DNA of 64,000 nucleotides from a virus (Duplodnaviria; Heunggongvirae; Uroviricota; Caudoviricetes): IMG/VR virus record IMGVR_UViG_2713896905_000004, positions 1 to 64,000 of that record; one strand, 5' to 3'. Shown piece by piece: positions 34,701 to 42,600 of this stretch (position 1 is its first letter; each line of letters starts with the position of its first letter). The notes under the pieces were generated by a model. It saw only the letters and a program-made list of their open reading frames with translations, ran no database searches and was not told where the DNA came from. The position numbers and the translations under genes were made by a program.

Positions 34701-35563
34701 ATGAGTTCCGGGCGTCAGATTATGAGATCACCACAACACAGTTTGGCACCATTGGCATTTACAGCAATAAAGACGAGATCAAGCAGGCAATGGACGCTGC
34801 AAGCGCGCGCATTGCAGCAGAACGGAAAGCTAATCTGAATCATGCAGTCGCCACGCTGACTCAATCGTGGGTAACAGCAATCAGGGAGGCCGCCACCACA
34901 GGGAAAATCACACCAGCAATTGCGGATGTCGTAAACGACGGCTCTAAATTTATGGATGCCTATAAAATGGATGCGGTGCAGTTGCCATCAGCCTATGGAC
35001 AACTCAGCCATCGCATGACCTACAACCTGGTATCAATGTTTTCCGATCTTGCCATCCTTGGGCTGGTGGACCTTAACGAGGTTACGCCGGAATTGCTCAG
35101 CATTCGTAATAATCATGTGGAGATATTGCACAGAATTAACACGGTACTTGCCGGGCGCACCGATGAAGAGAAACAGGCAGACGCTGATCGGATAAACCTG
35201 GCCCTTGGTAACATCACGGAGGAGGAAATTGCCGCCAGAAACGAGAAACAAGAAGAGTTATCATCAATACAGGGGGATGCCACCAGCATAGCTCAGTCTC
35301 TTGGTCTGAATTATCGCGTATCCACTGCCGACCTGAAGATGATGTACGCACCAAAATTCGCCTCTGGCGAGGTATTTGGGCTTCAGGAGGCGTCCGGCAT
35401 GAAAGGTGTCCTTTTCCGTGCTAAAGACGCAATCAAGGTGAAATTCGGCGCTCGCTGGCTGCCTGCGAAGGCGAAGAACAGCGATTTCCCGGGTAACTGG
35501 TGGATTATCGAGACAAAACACAACGTGGCGGACGTTCTGGCCGTCATCCAACAATACGCATAA
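28796..35563 (+). CDS. darB: DarB-like giant antirestriction protein: N6-adenine methyltransferase domain fused to SF2 helicase domain (2255 aa)
   Basis: AdoMet motif 'LEPSAGTGVF', catalytic 'GNVPFGG' (NPPF-like); helicase motifs 'GFGTGLGKTTTA', 'IADEGHNYRN', 'QRNGRGARVG'; 2255 aa equals P1 DarB length. Confidence 0.85.
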   Translation: MNKLSMGVFRCSSISEIFKYIRAITSHRAPIRYGVEKVEGKSYDRLRREANQKAIDLLNSLVDGATLTDEQRQILAGYTGEGGIGGSVSEYYTPKPIAEGVWEIMKLYGADVGNTLEPSAGTGVFNETKPVGTVMTATEISSVSGRINQLLHPEDSVQISPFEQLAVSTPNDSFDHVVGNVPFGGRDNTRNIDKPYAEETDMGSYFMLRMLDKIKPGGFMCVIVPPSIVSGSNMKRLRLRLSRKAEFLGAHRLPTGTFDANGTSTVVDVVLMRKHPAEMAEKIPLVDESTLESANVLWPTFISGKWFEKDGRRFVHGTQEKGFQGRIEVRADGQIDNQALKAKLIHRFESRIDWSLLDMAEPSPTADVVGEGEMRLINGVWQKYAGGRWIEADAGKELKIDAASYGADSWEALQRNLTTTEGRLGMTFTQIANVRDKYTTSISDDMVQLVDWINSQPEKYRERLYRGAMIGRMLIEYQDMKAAGHSAEQIEQQRLSLVSRLQAEIDRFGNPGRGPIAKLSGSGARAWFAFRGAIKLDGTISDELTGKLVTHDSSASYDSTSYQDTLRYLYSDLTRDPIQLDDFRLAFTGELPASDDELLNLLASTPGIAVSPYGGIVPFARATSGDINEIVTPKQEFLATLPDGPVKNNVLNQLAAIEEKRIKTPAENIRFKLNSRWFDRSVILEFLQENGYPDLRYVQSVQLEGDEMVSDTYHGGDGLFVGHRYGVVQRKDKETGEIRYEWDRKSGENATGFPAQLEKYLNGARIGGKDSATANGYREQMALLEDQFNKWIKTHDRYDELVAKYNDVFNSNIPYEHSGDPLGLKGLSGKRQPFDYQNSEVRRLSEDGRGILGFGTGLGKTTTALALEAFNYENGRSTRTAYVVPKSVLENWYYEAKEFLSEEAFSNYLFVGLDVLMDGDQIRQVPVLDENGKPVLGTDGTPVMRDALKLADEATITARMNAIPHSNYRAVVFTKEQYARIPLRDDTVDEHAQDMLYDFVAAGRVASAMDSDSHRKEAARRRVLSEYSDTGTEKAEKYPYFEDMGFDSVIADEGHNYRNSYKNGREASQLAYLPTSAVAQSARDMAIKNAYLMKKNGGRGPVLLTATPVVNTPIDAYNMLSHVLPKEYWQNMGIYGPDDFVKFFGKTRLETVQKISGEVEEKMALVGFENLDALRGIFHRWVTLKTAEDVKDTVEIPELDEHQQDAPLTEEQLAAYEELRQQAEAAAKANNGVTTSVNEDGVIEHEKARPIFSIIRDMDRVCTDMDLYYRRITYRFLPEYADAVQQLADSLPKQATSEDDDSDDSITQQSQYSLIDKGEFIQLQVPEAFEQEVNKRLARFGIDEQTVTHPVTPKYAKLIATLKEFFPEGKQIIFTDEKTQHQKLKRIICNALNLEPSKVGILNAQTVAEAGKTGQKLKAVKPPKELPDEPTDAQIAKYNEQMALYDAYIAQQNEMSLGGLEKIAADFQEGRTPIIICNKKAEVGINLHRGTTDIHHLTLPWTPASIAQRNGRGARVGSNRASVRVHYYCGKGSFDEYRLKTLKRKAGWISDILRSDKSEMENADANDMIEMQMYTAKDDGERLAMMQVQMDKAKAAQRARQKEQATIDLQNYIKAQHAAGEDVEVLTAELERSKAELEKTTADVAKFKQAAMAKAADNADWKARWGSVHNADRMLLAQYRASLKSAIQRKTDISQAISRYEKLLNRTQKAATDIKRLRPLVEDAINKGILDVDPDLVNHASEFLVIGDRSWRVGQYYDCAGDIVRIKSLDFDSQRADVEIIFTLKGTKSGNWDVKTLDKQVDVTPDEDAVMQKISGGVSIAGINDIISCDDFYRFQQRGMIKITDSYGVQTTESGYSIDFVGTYTDPLKHAVYPDRRDGALKSSIAKWVLGMMSEGNNHQVRLAEVFLTELFGSNYGDVIASYGDTLSPEAIQEKIADAIARMPEKTSQGATRNGDSELEVTNAIFGTNEFRASDYEITTTQFGTIGIYSNKDEIKQAMDAASARIAAERKANLNHAVATLTQSWVTAIREAATTGKITPAIADVVNDGSKFMDAYKMDAVQLPSAYGQLSHRMTYNLVSMFSDLAILGLVDLNEVTPELLSIRNNHVEILHRINTVLAGRTDEEKQADADRINLALGNITEEEIAARNEKQEELSSIQGDATSIAQSLGLNYRVSTADLKMMYAPKFASGEVFGLQEASGMKGVLFRAKDAIKVKFGARWLPAKAKNSDFPGNWWIIETKHNVADVLAVIQQYA

Positions 35564-35596
35564 CAGGAGCGCCCGGTTCGCCGGGCGTCGCATAAT

Positions 35597-36037
35597 ATGA
35601 CCACACTATCTGATACAATAAAACCGAATAAAACATATCTTGAGGCGGTACTCCGTACAGCGTTGTTAGGAAAGACAGAAGACGAATACGTTGATTTCTT
35701 CCTGTCAGGGCTACGCGGGAGATTACTGAAAAATCCCCGCCTGTACCGCAGCTATGGCCCATACTGGCCGGAAATTAAAAAATTATTACTGGAGCGCGGT
35801 TATGGTAATTTCGGTCGTCTCGTTGACCGTGACGTTCGCAAAATTTACCGTTATGACCGCCCGGCGCTAACACTCATAGCCGCGACGCTCTACAGCCAGG
35901 AGCGTTTTGATAATGGTCAGATATACTCAGCCTGGCATTTACTGCCAGTGCCTGAAGAAGTTGACGACCAGGACTATGAGTTTGAGTCTTACGATTTGGA
36001 AGTTGAAGCCTTGGCACAGGCTGGAGAGAAAACTTGA
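35597..36037 (+). CDS. ulx: Ulx-like protein downstream of darB (146 aa)
   Basis: Position and size as in the P1 darB operon; stem-loop at 35569-35588 after darB. Confidence 0.5.
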   Translation: MTTLSDTIKPNKTYLEAVLRTALLGKTEDEYVDFFLSGLRGRLLKNPRLYRSYGPYWPEIKKLLLERGYGNFGRLVDRDVRKIYRYDRPALTLIAATLYSQERFDNGQIYSAWHLLPVPEEVDDQDYEFESYDLEVEALAQAGEKT

Positions 36038-36282
36038 AAAAGCGATACTACACAGTAAAGCATGGGACGCTACGAGCATTACAAGAGTTTGCTGACAAGC
36101 ATAACGTTGAGGTGCGCAGGGAAGGGGGAAGTAAAGCTCTGCGCATGTACCGTCCTGACGGAAAATGGCGGACGGTCGTCGATTTCAAAACTAACAGCGT
36201 TCCCCAAGGCGTCCGCGACCGGGCATTCGAAGAATGGGAGCAGATCATCATAGATAACGCATTGCTCCTGAATGCTGATTAA
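36034..36282 (+). CDS. lxc: Lxc-like C1 co-repressor (82 aa)
   Basis: ATGA overlap with ulx; 82 aa basic protein; position matches P1 lxc. Confidence 0.55.
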   Translation: MKKRYYTVKHGTLRALQEFADKHNVEVRREGGSKALRMYRPDGKWRTVVDFKTNSVPQGVRDRAFEEWEQIIIDNALLLNAD

Positions 36283-36295
36283 ACTTCCCGAGTTT

Positions 36296-36320
36296 ATGCC
36301 CGGCACTCGACCGGGCTGAA
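36296..36320. terminator. terminator hairpin (GCCCGG-CACTCGA-CCGGGC)
   Basis: Inverted repeat after lxc stop, before convergent GNAT gene. Confidence 0.45.
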
Positions 36321-36401
36321 AAGTTTTATGCAGAAGTAATCATGTTTAACATTTGGAGATTAAACCATTTGTGATCTTTTCAGCATTTTGGAGCTGTAGG
36401 A

Positions 36402-37007
36402 TTATTTTTTTGCCGATACCATAGCTTGTATAATGGTATCAATATCGCGATTATTTAACATGAAGATGGGGATACCATTAATCTTGCCCGTTTTATTGGT
36501 ACTCATCACGCAAAGCCCCTCATACATCCCTCGGGTTTTTGTGAAATTAGCGACTGGTGGAGTAGTGTAATTCCCTTTAAAGTGCATCCCCGCTGATTCA
36601 TAAAAAGGAACTAAAGCAGACTGGCAAATCAATCCGACTTCATTTGGAAATGCAAGTATTTCTGCCAGTATCTTACTTCCAATCCCATTACCACGATATT
36701 GCTCATATACATAAATTTTATGGCAGTACAATGGTAAGTTTCCTGATGGATGTCCAAAAATTAAGGCGTACCCGAACAACTGTCCTTCATTAGTAAAGCC
36801 CATAATGCGTAAATGTCCGGCTCGGTAACACTCTTCAAATACGTCTATTATGTGGCTTCGTGCCGCTTTCAGTTCCTCTTCTGTCGCAAACATCATCATC
36901 CCCATCAGCGATGGGGTACAGGCCAGATCCTGAATAATCCCATTAGCTTCATTTTCGAAGATTAATGGTAGGTGTGGTACAATTTCGTTTGTCGAAGTGT
37001 CAGGCAT
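36402..37007 (-). CDS. GNAT-family N-acetyltransferase (201 aa)
   Basis: Acetyl-CoA-binding motif A 'YVYEQYRGNGIGSKILAEILAF'; AT-rich; occupies the position of P1 res/mod. Confidence 0.8.
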   Translation of the reverse strand: MPDTSTNEIVPHLPLIFENEANGIIQDLACTPSLMGMMMFATEEELKAARSHIIDVFEECYRAGHLRIMGFTNEGQLFGYALIFGHPSGNLPLYCHKIYVYEQYRGNGIGSKILAEILAFPNEVGLICQSALVPFYESAGMHFKGNYTTPPVANFTKTRGMYEGLCVMSTNKTGKINGIPIFMLNNRDIDTIIQAMVSAKK

Positions 37008-37154
37008 AGAAAAACTCCTTCGTTTTTTGAGCTGATGTTATCAGCGATAGTGATGAAGGAGAAACAATTTTGACTCTCTTAAAGAGGTTGCCCTTCTTGA
37101 TAGAAAACGGAAAAATGGTAAACAACGATCTCCGTTATTTAAACAAATAGTCGG

Positions 37155-37796
37155 TTAAAAGAAATTTCCTTTTCCTGTTAACAATCCTTGCGGAACTTGC
37201 TTTTGCGTCAGCGCATGGGTACCGCGAATTATGTTAATCAGAGGGCTTAGTAACGATGGTTCCTGGCGTGCCTCAACTTCTCCAGCCATTGCCCTGATGT
37301 AGTCGGCGCTGGCAACGTTGTTGTATTCCGTTGCGAAACAGCATAACAATGTCAGAACATGCTCTGTTGTTATTTCGCTCCAGTTGATGTTGAAAAATTC
37401 ATCGCCTTTTTTATCGTGTTCTGAATCGAAGATGCTTTGGTGAAGGATGTATTTGCCGGATTCCTTGCGCGGTAACTTGATCGCTTTCTGGCGTTCCAGC
37501 TCCTTGTAAATCTGCATTGCTTCAATCAGTACCGGCCTGCCGTTCGTGAAGGGATCGCGCAACCTTACACGCTGGCCAACTCGACCGGTAATAAAGCTGT
37601 TTTCCTCTTCCACCAGCACGATAAAACCCTTTTCCTCTTTTTCTCGCAATTCGCGCAGCAGCTGGAGTTCCATGTCACGGCGGCGTTCAGGGTAGCTGGT
37701 CCGATCAGCCATTATCAGCTCGTTGTTGATCCATGCAGCAGTCATTGACGCCGGTTTGCCGACGTTCATCGAAACAACGCATATTTTCTTATCCAT
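37155..37796 (-). CDS. hypothetical protein (213 aa from ATG at 37796)
   Basis: GGGGG RBS upstream of ATG 37796; upstream part of the longer ORF looks non-coding. Confidence 0.5.
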   Translation of the reverse strand: MDKKICVVSMNVGKPASMTAAWINNELIMADRTSYPERRRDMELQLLRELREKEEKGFIVLVEEENSFITGRVGQRVRLRDPFTNGRPVLIEAMQIYKELERQKAIKLPRKESGKYILHQSIFDSEHDKKGDEFFNINWSEITTEHVLTLLCCFATEYNNVASADYIRAMAGEVEARQEPSLLSPLINIIRGTHALTQKQVPQGLLTGKGNFF

Positions 37797-37985
37797 AGCG
37801 CCCCCTACAAAAAAGAAAAGCCACCAGCGGCGGCTTAGCAATACAACTGAAGGTAGCGCCCGGTACTCAGACTGTGCCGTCCATGGAATATTTGAAAAGG
37901 GATCCATCCGTACCGGGCGTGTGATGATTCTGACTGAAGTCACTTGTCAGTTGTCAATCATTTATTATTAAAAATAATATATTTA

Positions 37986-38546
37986 TTAGTGCATGACGTT
38001 TGCCATCTCGTAAGCATCAGCCAGCAACTCCATCTCTGACTTGTTCAGCAAGGTGAATTCTTTCTTGCCTCCAACCACACCATCGGCATGAACAGGGACC
38101 AGCCAGGGGTATTTTGCTCTTACTTCAGCCGGTGCTGCATGCTGGTGGTGCCATCTACAAAGTGGCAATTGCTTTTTATGACAACCCGGCGCGGTACGAC
38201 CGGCGATATGGTGCAGAGACACCTCATTAGATATTACTCCATGCATATAGCAGGCAATGCAGGGGAGAGCGCCAAGAGCATTGGCGATGCGCCGTTCCTC
38301 CGCCGTTGGTGTTCTCCCCTTCAAGCCACGAGATTTTATTTTTACCGCGCTTTTCCGCGTTTTGCTGGCTGGTGGGCGTTCTTTCTGTTTAGCGATACGG
38401 CGGTCGATAGTATCCCGCATTTTCTGATATTGAGATTCTCGCCAGACCGGATCAGCCAACTTCTCCCGTTGCCGAGCGATCGCTCGTTCTCTGGCAGCCT
38501 TCTGCCACTTACGGTGCTGTTCAATTTTTTGTTCGATTGTTTTCAT
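37986..38546 (-). CDS. ref: Ref, RecA-dependent HNH endonuclease (recombination enhancement function)
   Basis: 186 aa; basic disordered N-terminus followed by HNH/zinc motif 'CIACYMHG...HHIAGR...CRWHHQH'. Confidence 0.85.
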   Translation of the reverse strand: MKTIEQKIEQHRKWQKAARERAIARQREKLADPVWRESQYQKMRDTIDRRIAKQKERPPASKTRKSAVKIKSRGLKGRTPTAEERRIANALGALPCIACYMHGVISNEVSLHHIAGRTAPGCHKKQLPLCRWHHQHAAPAEVRAKYPWLVPVHADGVVGGKKEFTLLNKSEMELLADAYEMANVMH

Positions 38547-38644
38547 AAGGTAAAAAAAAGGCGGCCTTTAGGCCGCCAATGATTTCAAAGGAGTAGGTAA
38601 TGGCCATGTGTTCGTAGTTGACTCACGCCACCTCTAAATTATAA

Positions 38645-38661
38645 CAATTAATTAGAGCAAT
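38645..38661. promoter_or_regulatory. C1 operator-like site upstream of ref
   Basis: 'caattaattagagcaat' = reverse complement ATTGCTCTAATTAATTG. Confidence 0.55.
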
Positions 38662-38792
38662 GGTATCTATTTTATTTATCGCGAATCACATTCTTTCACT
38701 TTGGCACCTATGTGCTATACTCGTTCTTGATTGATTGGATGCGGAATACAAACCCGCTTTTTTGTGCAGCCTGGCTCCTTGCCAGGCTTTTT

Positions 38793-39104
38793 TTATTTCA
38801 TCATGGAAGCTGTTAACGCTTTGGACCTTGCTGAACTGATTGAGAGGGCTTTGTCAACGTGCCCCAAAAATTCTCCAAACTCAGACATCACTTTGGCAAA
38901 ACCGCGCCGTGCTTCTTCCTCGGTGGCATTCATCACGAAATGTTCAGCACTACGCATACTTTTGACAGGGAACGCAACGGATATTGAGTCAATATCAGGC
39001 ATTCTATCGCTCAACTTTACAGTGACAATGACGGCTGGCGACTGAATATTAGTGCTTACAGACAGCAGTACATATTTTCCGTCGATGTTGAAATCCTTTC
39101 TCAT
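38793..39104 (-). CDS. small protein between cre and ref (cra-like position), 103 aa
   Basis: Same strand as cre/ref; a 104-aa ORF overlaps on the opposite strand, so the coding strand is uncertain. Confidence 0.4.
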   Translation of the reverse strand: MRKDFNIDGKYVLLSVSTNIQSPAVIVTVKLSDRMPDIDSISVAFPVKSMRSAEHFVMNATEEEARRGFAKVMSEFGEFLGHVDKALSISSARSKALTASMMK

Positions 39105-39120
39105 ATGTCACCATAAATGT

Positions 39121-39137
39121 AAAATAATTAGAGCAAT
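39121..39137. promoter_or_regulatory. C1 operator-like site
   Basis: 'aaaataattagagcaat' = reverse complement ATTGCTCTAATTATTTT. Confidence 0.55.
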
Positions 39138-39154
39138 TTCTTATGAATTGACGG

Positions 39155-40186
39155 CTAATCACCATCTTCCAGTAGGCGCACCATTGCCCCCGTTTCACTA
39201 TCCAGATTACGGATATAGTTCATGACAATATTTACGTTGGTCCAGCCACCAGCTTGCATGATCTCCGGTATTGAAACTCCGGCGCGGGCCATATCTCGCG
39301 CGGCTCCGACACGGGCACTGTGTCCAGACCAGGCCAGGTACCTCTGGCCAGAGTCATCCTTAGCCCCGTAAATCAATCGGTGAGTTGCTTCAAAAATCCC
39401 TTCCAGGGCACGAGTTGATAGCTGGCTGGTGGATGATGGCGCGGCGACACCATTTTTTCTGACCCGGCAAAACAGGTAGTTATTCGGATCATCAGCGACA
39501 CCAGAGACAGAAATCCATCGCTCGACCAGTTTAGTTACCCCCAGGCTAAGTGCCTTCTCTACACCTGCGGTGCTAACCAGCGTTTTCGTTCTGCCGATAT
39601 GGATTAACATTCTCCCACCGTCAGTACGTGAGATATCTTTAACCCTGATCCTGGCAATTTCGGCTATACGTAACAAGGTGTTATAAGCAATCCCCAGAAA
39701 TGCCAGATTACGTATATCCTGGCAGCGATCGCTATTTTCCATGAGTGAACGAACCTGGTCGAAATCAGTGCGTTCGAACGCCAATGCCTGTTTTGCACGT
39801 TCACCGGCATCAACGTTTTCTTTTCGGATCCGCCGCATGACCAGTGAAACAGCATTGCTGTCACTTGGTCGTGGCAGCCCGGACCGACGATGAAGCATGT
39901 TTAGCTGGCCCAAATGTTGCTGGATAGTTTTTACTGCCAGACCGCGCGCCTGAAGATATAGAAGATAATCGCGAACATCTTCAGGTTCTGCGGGAAACCA
40001 TTTCCGGTTATTCAACTTGCACCATGCCGCCCACGACCGGCAAACGGACAGAAGCATTTTCCAGGTATGCTCAGAAAACGCTTGGCGATCCCTGAACATG
40101 TCCATCAGGTTCTTGCGAACCTCATCACTCGTTGCATCGACCGGCAATGCAGGCAAATTTTGGTGAACGGTTAACGAATTAGTCAT
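39155..40186 (-). CDS. cre: Cre tyrosine site-specific recombinase
   Basis: 343 aa, essentially identical to P1 Cre as recalled ('VHQNLPALPVDATSDEVRKNLMDMFRDRQAFSEHTWK...MVRLLEDGD'), with a few N-terminal substitutions. Confidence 0.97.
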   Translation of the reverse strand: MTNSLTVHQNLPALPVDATSDEVRKNLMDMFRDRQAFSEHTWKMLLSVCRSWAAWCKLNNRKWFPAEPEDVRDYLLYLQARGLAVKTIQQHLGQLNMLHRRSGLPRPSDSNAVSLVMRRIRKENVDAGERAKQALAFERTDFDQVRSLMENSDRCQDIRNLAFLGIAYNTLLRIAEIARIRVKDISRTDGGRMLIHIGRTKTLVSTAGVEKALSLGVTKLVERWISVSGVADDPNNYLFCRVRKNGVAAPSSTSQLSTRALEGIFEATHRLIYGAKDDSGQRYLAWSGHSARVGAARDMARAGVSIPEIMQAGGWTNVNIVMNYIRNLDSETGAMVRLLEDGD

Positions 40187-40578
40187 TTATTATGCGTAAT
40201 TTTAACAGTTAAGCCTTGTTCATGAAGTATCTCATCAATAATTCGAATCACATCCCCTGGTAGATCATCGTTCTCGAAATATCTGTGATCGGGGATTTCT
40301 ACAGTGATTGGGGTTGCTGCTTTATGCAAAATCCGAACAATCTTTTTTTCTTTTTTGCATGTTGCATATTCAGCCTCTTCGATATCTATCCAGCTCGCTC
40401 CATCAAATTGCTGGTAAACCCGAGTGTATAGTAAGCGGTTTCGCTTTACTTCTTCTGCTAACTCCCAAATTGCAACAGCCATAGCACGTTCATTCTCACT
40501 CGTTCCAGGGTTAGCTGCTTTTTGTTTTGCGTCCTTAAGTAAGGCGTTTACCTTGGCATCTGTCAGGCTATTAAACAT
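40183..40578 (-). CDS. hypothetical protein (131 aa) between loxP and cre
   Basis: ORF whose stop overlaps the cre ATG; no recognised motif. Confidence 0.45.
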   Translation of the reverse strand: MFNSLTDAKVNALLKDAKQKAANPGTSENERAMAVAIWELAEEVKRNRLLYTRVYQQFDGASWIDIEEAEYATCKKEKKIVRILHKAATPITVEIPDHRYFENDDLPGDVIRIIDEILHEQGLTVKITHNK

Positions 40579-40597
40579 GCATCACCTCATGATCAAG

Positions 40598-40819
40598 TTA
40601 AATTATTGTTTTCAGCAGAGTGTACAGGATTGCCTCTGCCTTTACCTGGTTATGGTTCTCGTCATAGAAACGCCAGCGACCGCGCGTGCGTTCTATTTTC
40701 TCTTCACCGCGAGATAATGACAGTTGGTAACTATCACGCTCAAAGCCTTTTGCCCGCCAGTAACCACGGTTTTTCTCAAGCTCAAGATGAGTGGACACTT
40801 TAGCAGCTGAATATCCCAT
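40598..40819 (-). CDS. hypothetical small basic protein (73 aa)
   Basis: ORF upstream of the 131-aa gene on the same strand; downstream of GATC-rich cre promoter region. Confidence 0.35.
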   Translation of the reverse strand: MGYSAAKVSTHLELEKNRGYWRAKGFERDSYQLSLSRGEEKIERTRGRWRFYDENHNQVKAEAILYTLLKTII

Positions 40820-41008
40820 TTTTCACCTCTGATTGATTGGTGGTGCTAAGCGCGCTACGCGAAATCTGGAGCACTAACTCTGCCAACTTTTCTCAGATTT
40901 TACGTAGCGCAATCTTGATCAAATGATCAAGTGATCACTATTTAACCTGACAAGGTATTGAACTGTATGGATTTACAGGTAAATTGATCATGTTCAATAA
41001 CCCTTAAA

Positions 41009-41042
41009 ATAACTTCGTATAATGTATGCTATACGAAGTTAT
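41009..41042. other. loxP: loxP site (Cre recombination target)
   Basis: Exact 34-bp ATAACTTCGTATA-ATGTATGC-TATACGAAGTTAT. Confidence 0.97.
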
Positions 41043-41085
41043 CAGGTCCGAAGAGGAGTTTACGTCCAGCTGTGCACAAAAATCA

Positions 41086-41102
41086 ATAATTATTAGAGCA
41101 AT
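41086..41102. promoter_or_regulatory. C1 operator (Op99-like) upstream of coi/c1
   Basis: 'ataattattagagcaat' = reverse complement ATTGCTCTAATAATTAT. Confidence 0.65.
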
Positions 41103-41168
41103 AAATTTAGAGAGAAAAATCCCACTCCACCAGCTAAAAACTGGATTGTTTTTCATAGTTGTTTGACA

Positions 41169-41185
41169 ATTGCTCTAATAAATTA
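41169..41185. promoter_or_regulatory. C1 operator (Op99-like)
   Basis: 'attgctctaataaatta' is a 16/17 match to the consensus ATTGCTCTAATAAATTT. Confidence 0.7.
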
Positions 41186-41423
41186 TAGTTTTGCCGACGT
41201 TACGTAATACGACTTTGGATTCACTATTTAATGTGTCTTCAGCGTTGTAGAGCGGCTCAGAAGGAAATGAGCAAACAGGGAAACCTTATACAACGGCATT
41301 ACAGCTATGCATTGCTCATCTTACACACAGCGCAATGTTGTTAGATTACCCCAGCATGGATCATGGGTGAAACAGTAGGTCAGAGCTTCAGGCTCTGTGT
41401 TGTCAATACAGTGAGGCATAATT

Positions 41424-41633
41424 ATGGCTTTCATTCAACCAACCATCGACGACGTTAGACATTGCTCTAACGCTTTATCTGTAGACCCTGCCGAAACCGA
41501 CGCTGCCCGCGCCATTGCTGAACACTACTCAAAGATATCCAATCAGGAGTACCGCATCACCCAAGACGACCTGGATGACCTCACTGACACAATCGAATAT
41601 CTCATGGCAACTAACCAGTTGGACTCACAATAA
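41424..41633 (+). CDS. coi: Coi, C1 inactivator
   Basis: 69-aa ORF immediately upstream of c1 and downstream of Op99 operators, as in P1 immC. Confidence 0.8.
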   Translation: MAFIQPTIDDVRHCSNALSVDPAETDAARAIAEHYSKISNQEYRITQDDLDDLTDTIEYLMATNQLDSQ

Positions 41634-41743
41634 ATGCACTAATAAATCTATTATTTTTGTTTGATCCCTCTATAATATAGGTCAGTAATGACCGGTTTTC
41701 TCAGCCGGGCGTTATTGACCATGTCAATTCTGGAGGAGGATCA

Positions 41744-42595
41744 ATGATAAATTATGTCTACGGCGAACAACTGTACCAGGAGTTCGTCAGCTTCAGGGAT
41801 CTCTTTCTAAAAAAAGCTGTTGCACGCGCCCAACACGTTGATACAGCCAGCGACGGTCGTCCTGTACGCCCGGTTGTCGTTCTACCGTTCAAAGAAACTG
41901 ACAGCATTCAGGCTGAAATTGATAAATGGACTTTAATGGCGCGGGAACTGGAACAGTACCCAGACCTCAATATCCCAAAGACTATTTTATATCCAGTGCC
42001 TAACATCCTTCGCGGTGTGCGTAAGGTTACAACTTATCAGACAGAGGCTGTGAACAGCGTCAACATGACCGCTGGCCGCATTATTCATCTGATTGATAAG
42101 GACATTCGCATCCAAAAAAGCGCGGGGATCAATGAGCACAGTGCGAAATACATAGAGAACCTGGAAGCAACAAAAGAGCTAATGAAGCAGTACCCGGAGG
42201 ATGAAAAATTCCGTATGCGCGTACACGGCTTTAGCGAAACAATGCTGCGCGTCCACTACATTTCCAGTAGCCCTAACTACAATGATGGTAAATCAGTTAG
42301 TTACCATGTGCCACTGTGTGGCGTGTTTATCTGCGATGAAACTCTCCGTGATGGAATTATCATCAACGGTGAATTCGAAAAAGCAAAATTTAGCCTTTAT
42401 GACTCCATAGAACCGATCATCTGCGACCGCTGGCCGCAAGCAAAAATATATCGCCTGGCAGATATTGAAAATGTAAAAAAACAAATTGCCATCACTCGCG
42501 AAGAGAAAAAGGTTAAGTCAGCCGCATCAGTTACGCGCAGCCGTAAAACCAAGAAGGGGCAGCCAGTAAACGACAACCCCGAAAGCGCGCAATAA
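41744..42595 (+). CDS. c1: C1 repressor of lysis
   Basis: 283-aa ORF in the immC position; cognate 17-bp operators are scattered across the window. Confidence 0.9.
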   Translation: MINYVYGEQLYQEFVSFRDLFLKKAVARAQHVDTASDGRPVRPVVVLPFKETDSIQAEIDKWTLMARELEQYPDLNIPKTILYPVPNILRGVRKVTTYQTEAVNSVNMTAGRIIHLIDKDIRIQKSAGINEHSAKYIENLEATKELMKQYPEDEKFRMRVHGFSETMLRVHYISSSPNYNDGKSVSYHVPLCGVFICDETLRDGIIINGEFEKAKFSLYDSIEPIICDRWPQAKIYRLADIENVKKQIAITREEKKVKSAASVTRSRKTKKGQPVNDNPESAQ

Positions 42596-42600
42596 ATTAT

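Noticed and set aside
29116-35251. Multiple minus-strand and alternative-frame ORFs inside darB
   Set aside because: Embedded within a 6.8-kb ORF with intact MTase and helicase motifs; no independent signals.
36283-37000. Possible type III restriction-modification (res/mod) genes expected here from the P1 layout
   Set aside because: No ORF with helicase/endonuclease or N6-MTase motifs is present between lxc and ref; only a GNAT and an unknown ORF.
38731-39045. Plus-strand 104-aa ORF overlapping the cra-like minus-strand ORF
   Set aside because: The flanking genes (ref, cre) and operators indicate minus-strand transcription through this interval; the plus-strand ORF is kept only as an alternative if strand-specific data disagree.
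41461-41477. Partial operator match 'ATTGCTCTAACGCTTTA' inside coi
   Set aside because: Only the 5' half matches the consensus and it lies within coding sequence; not called as an independent operator.
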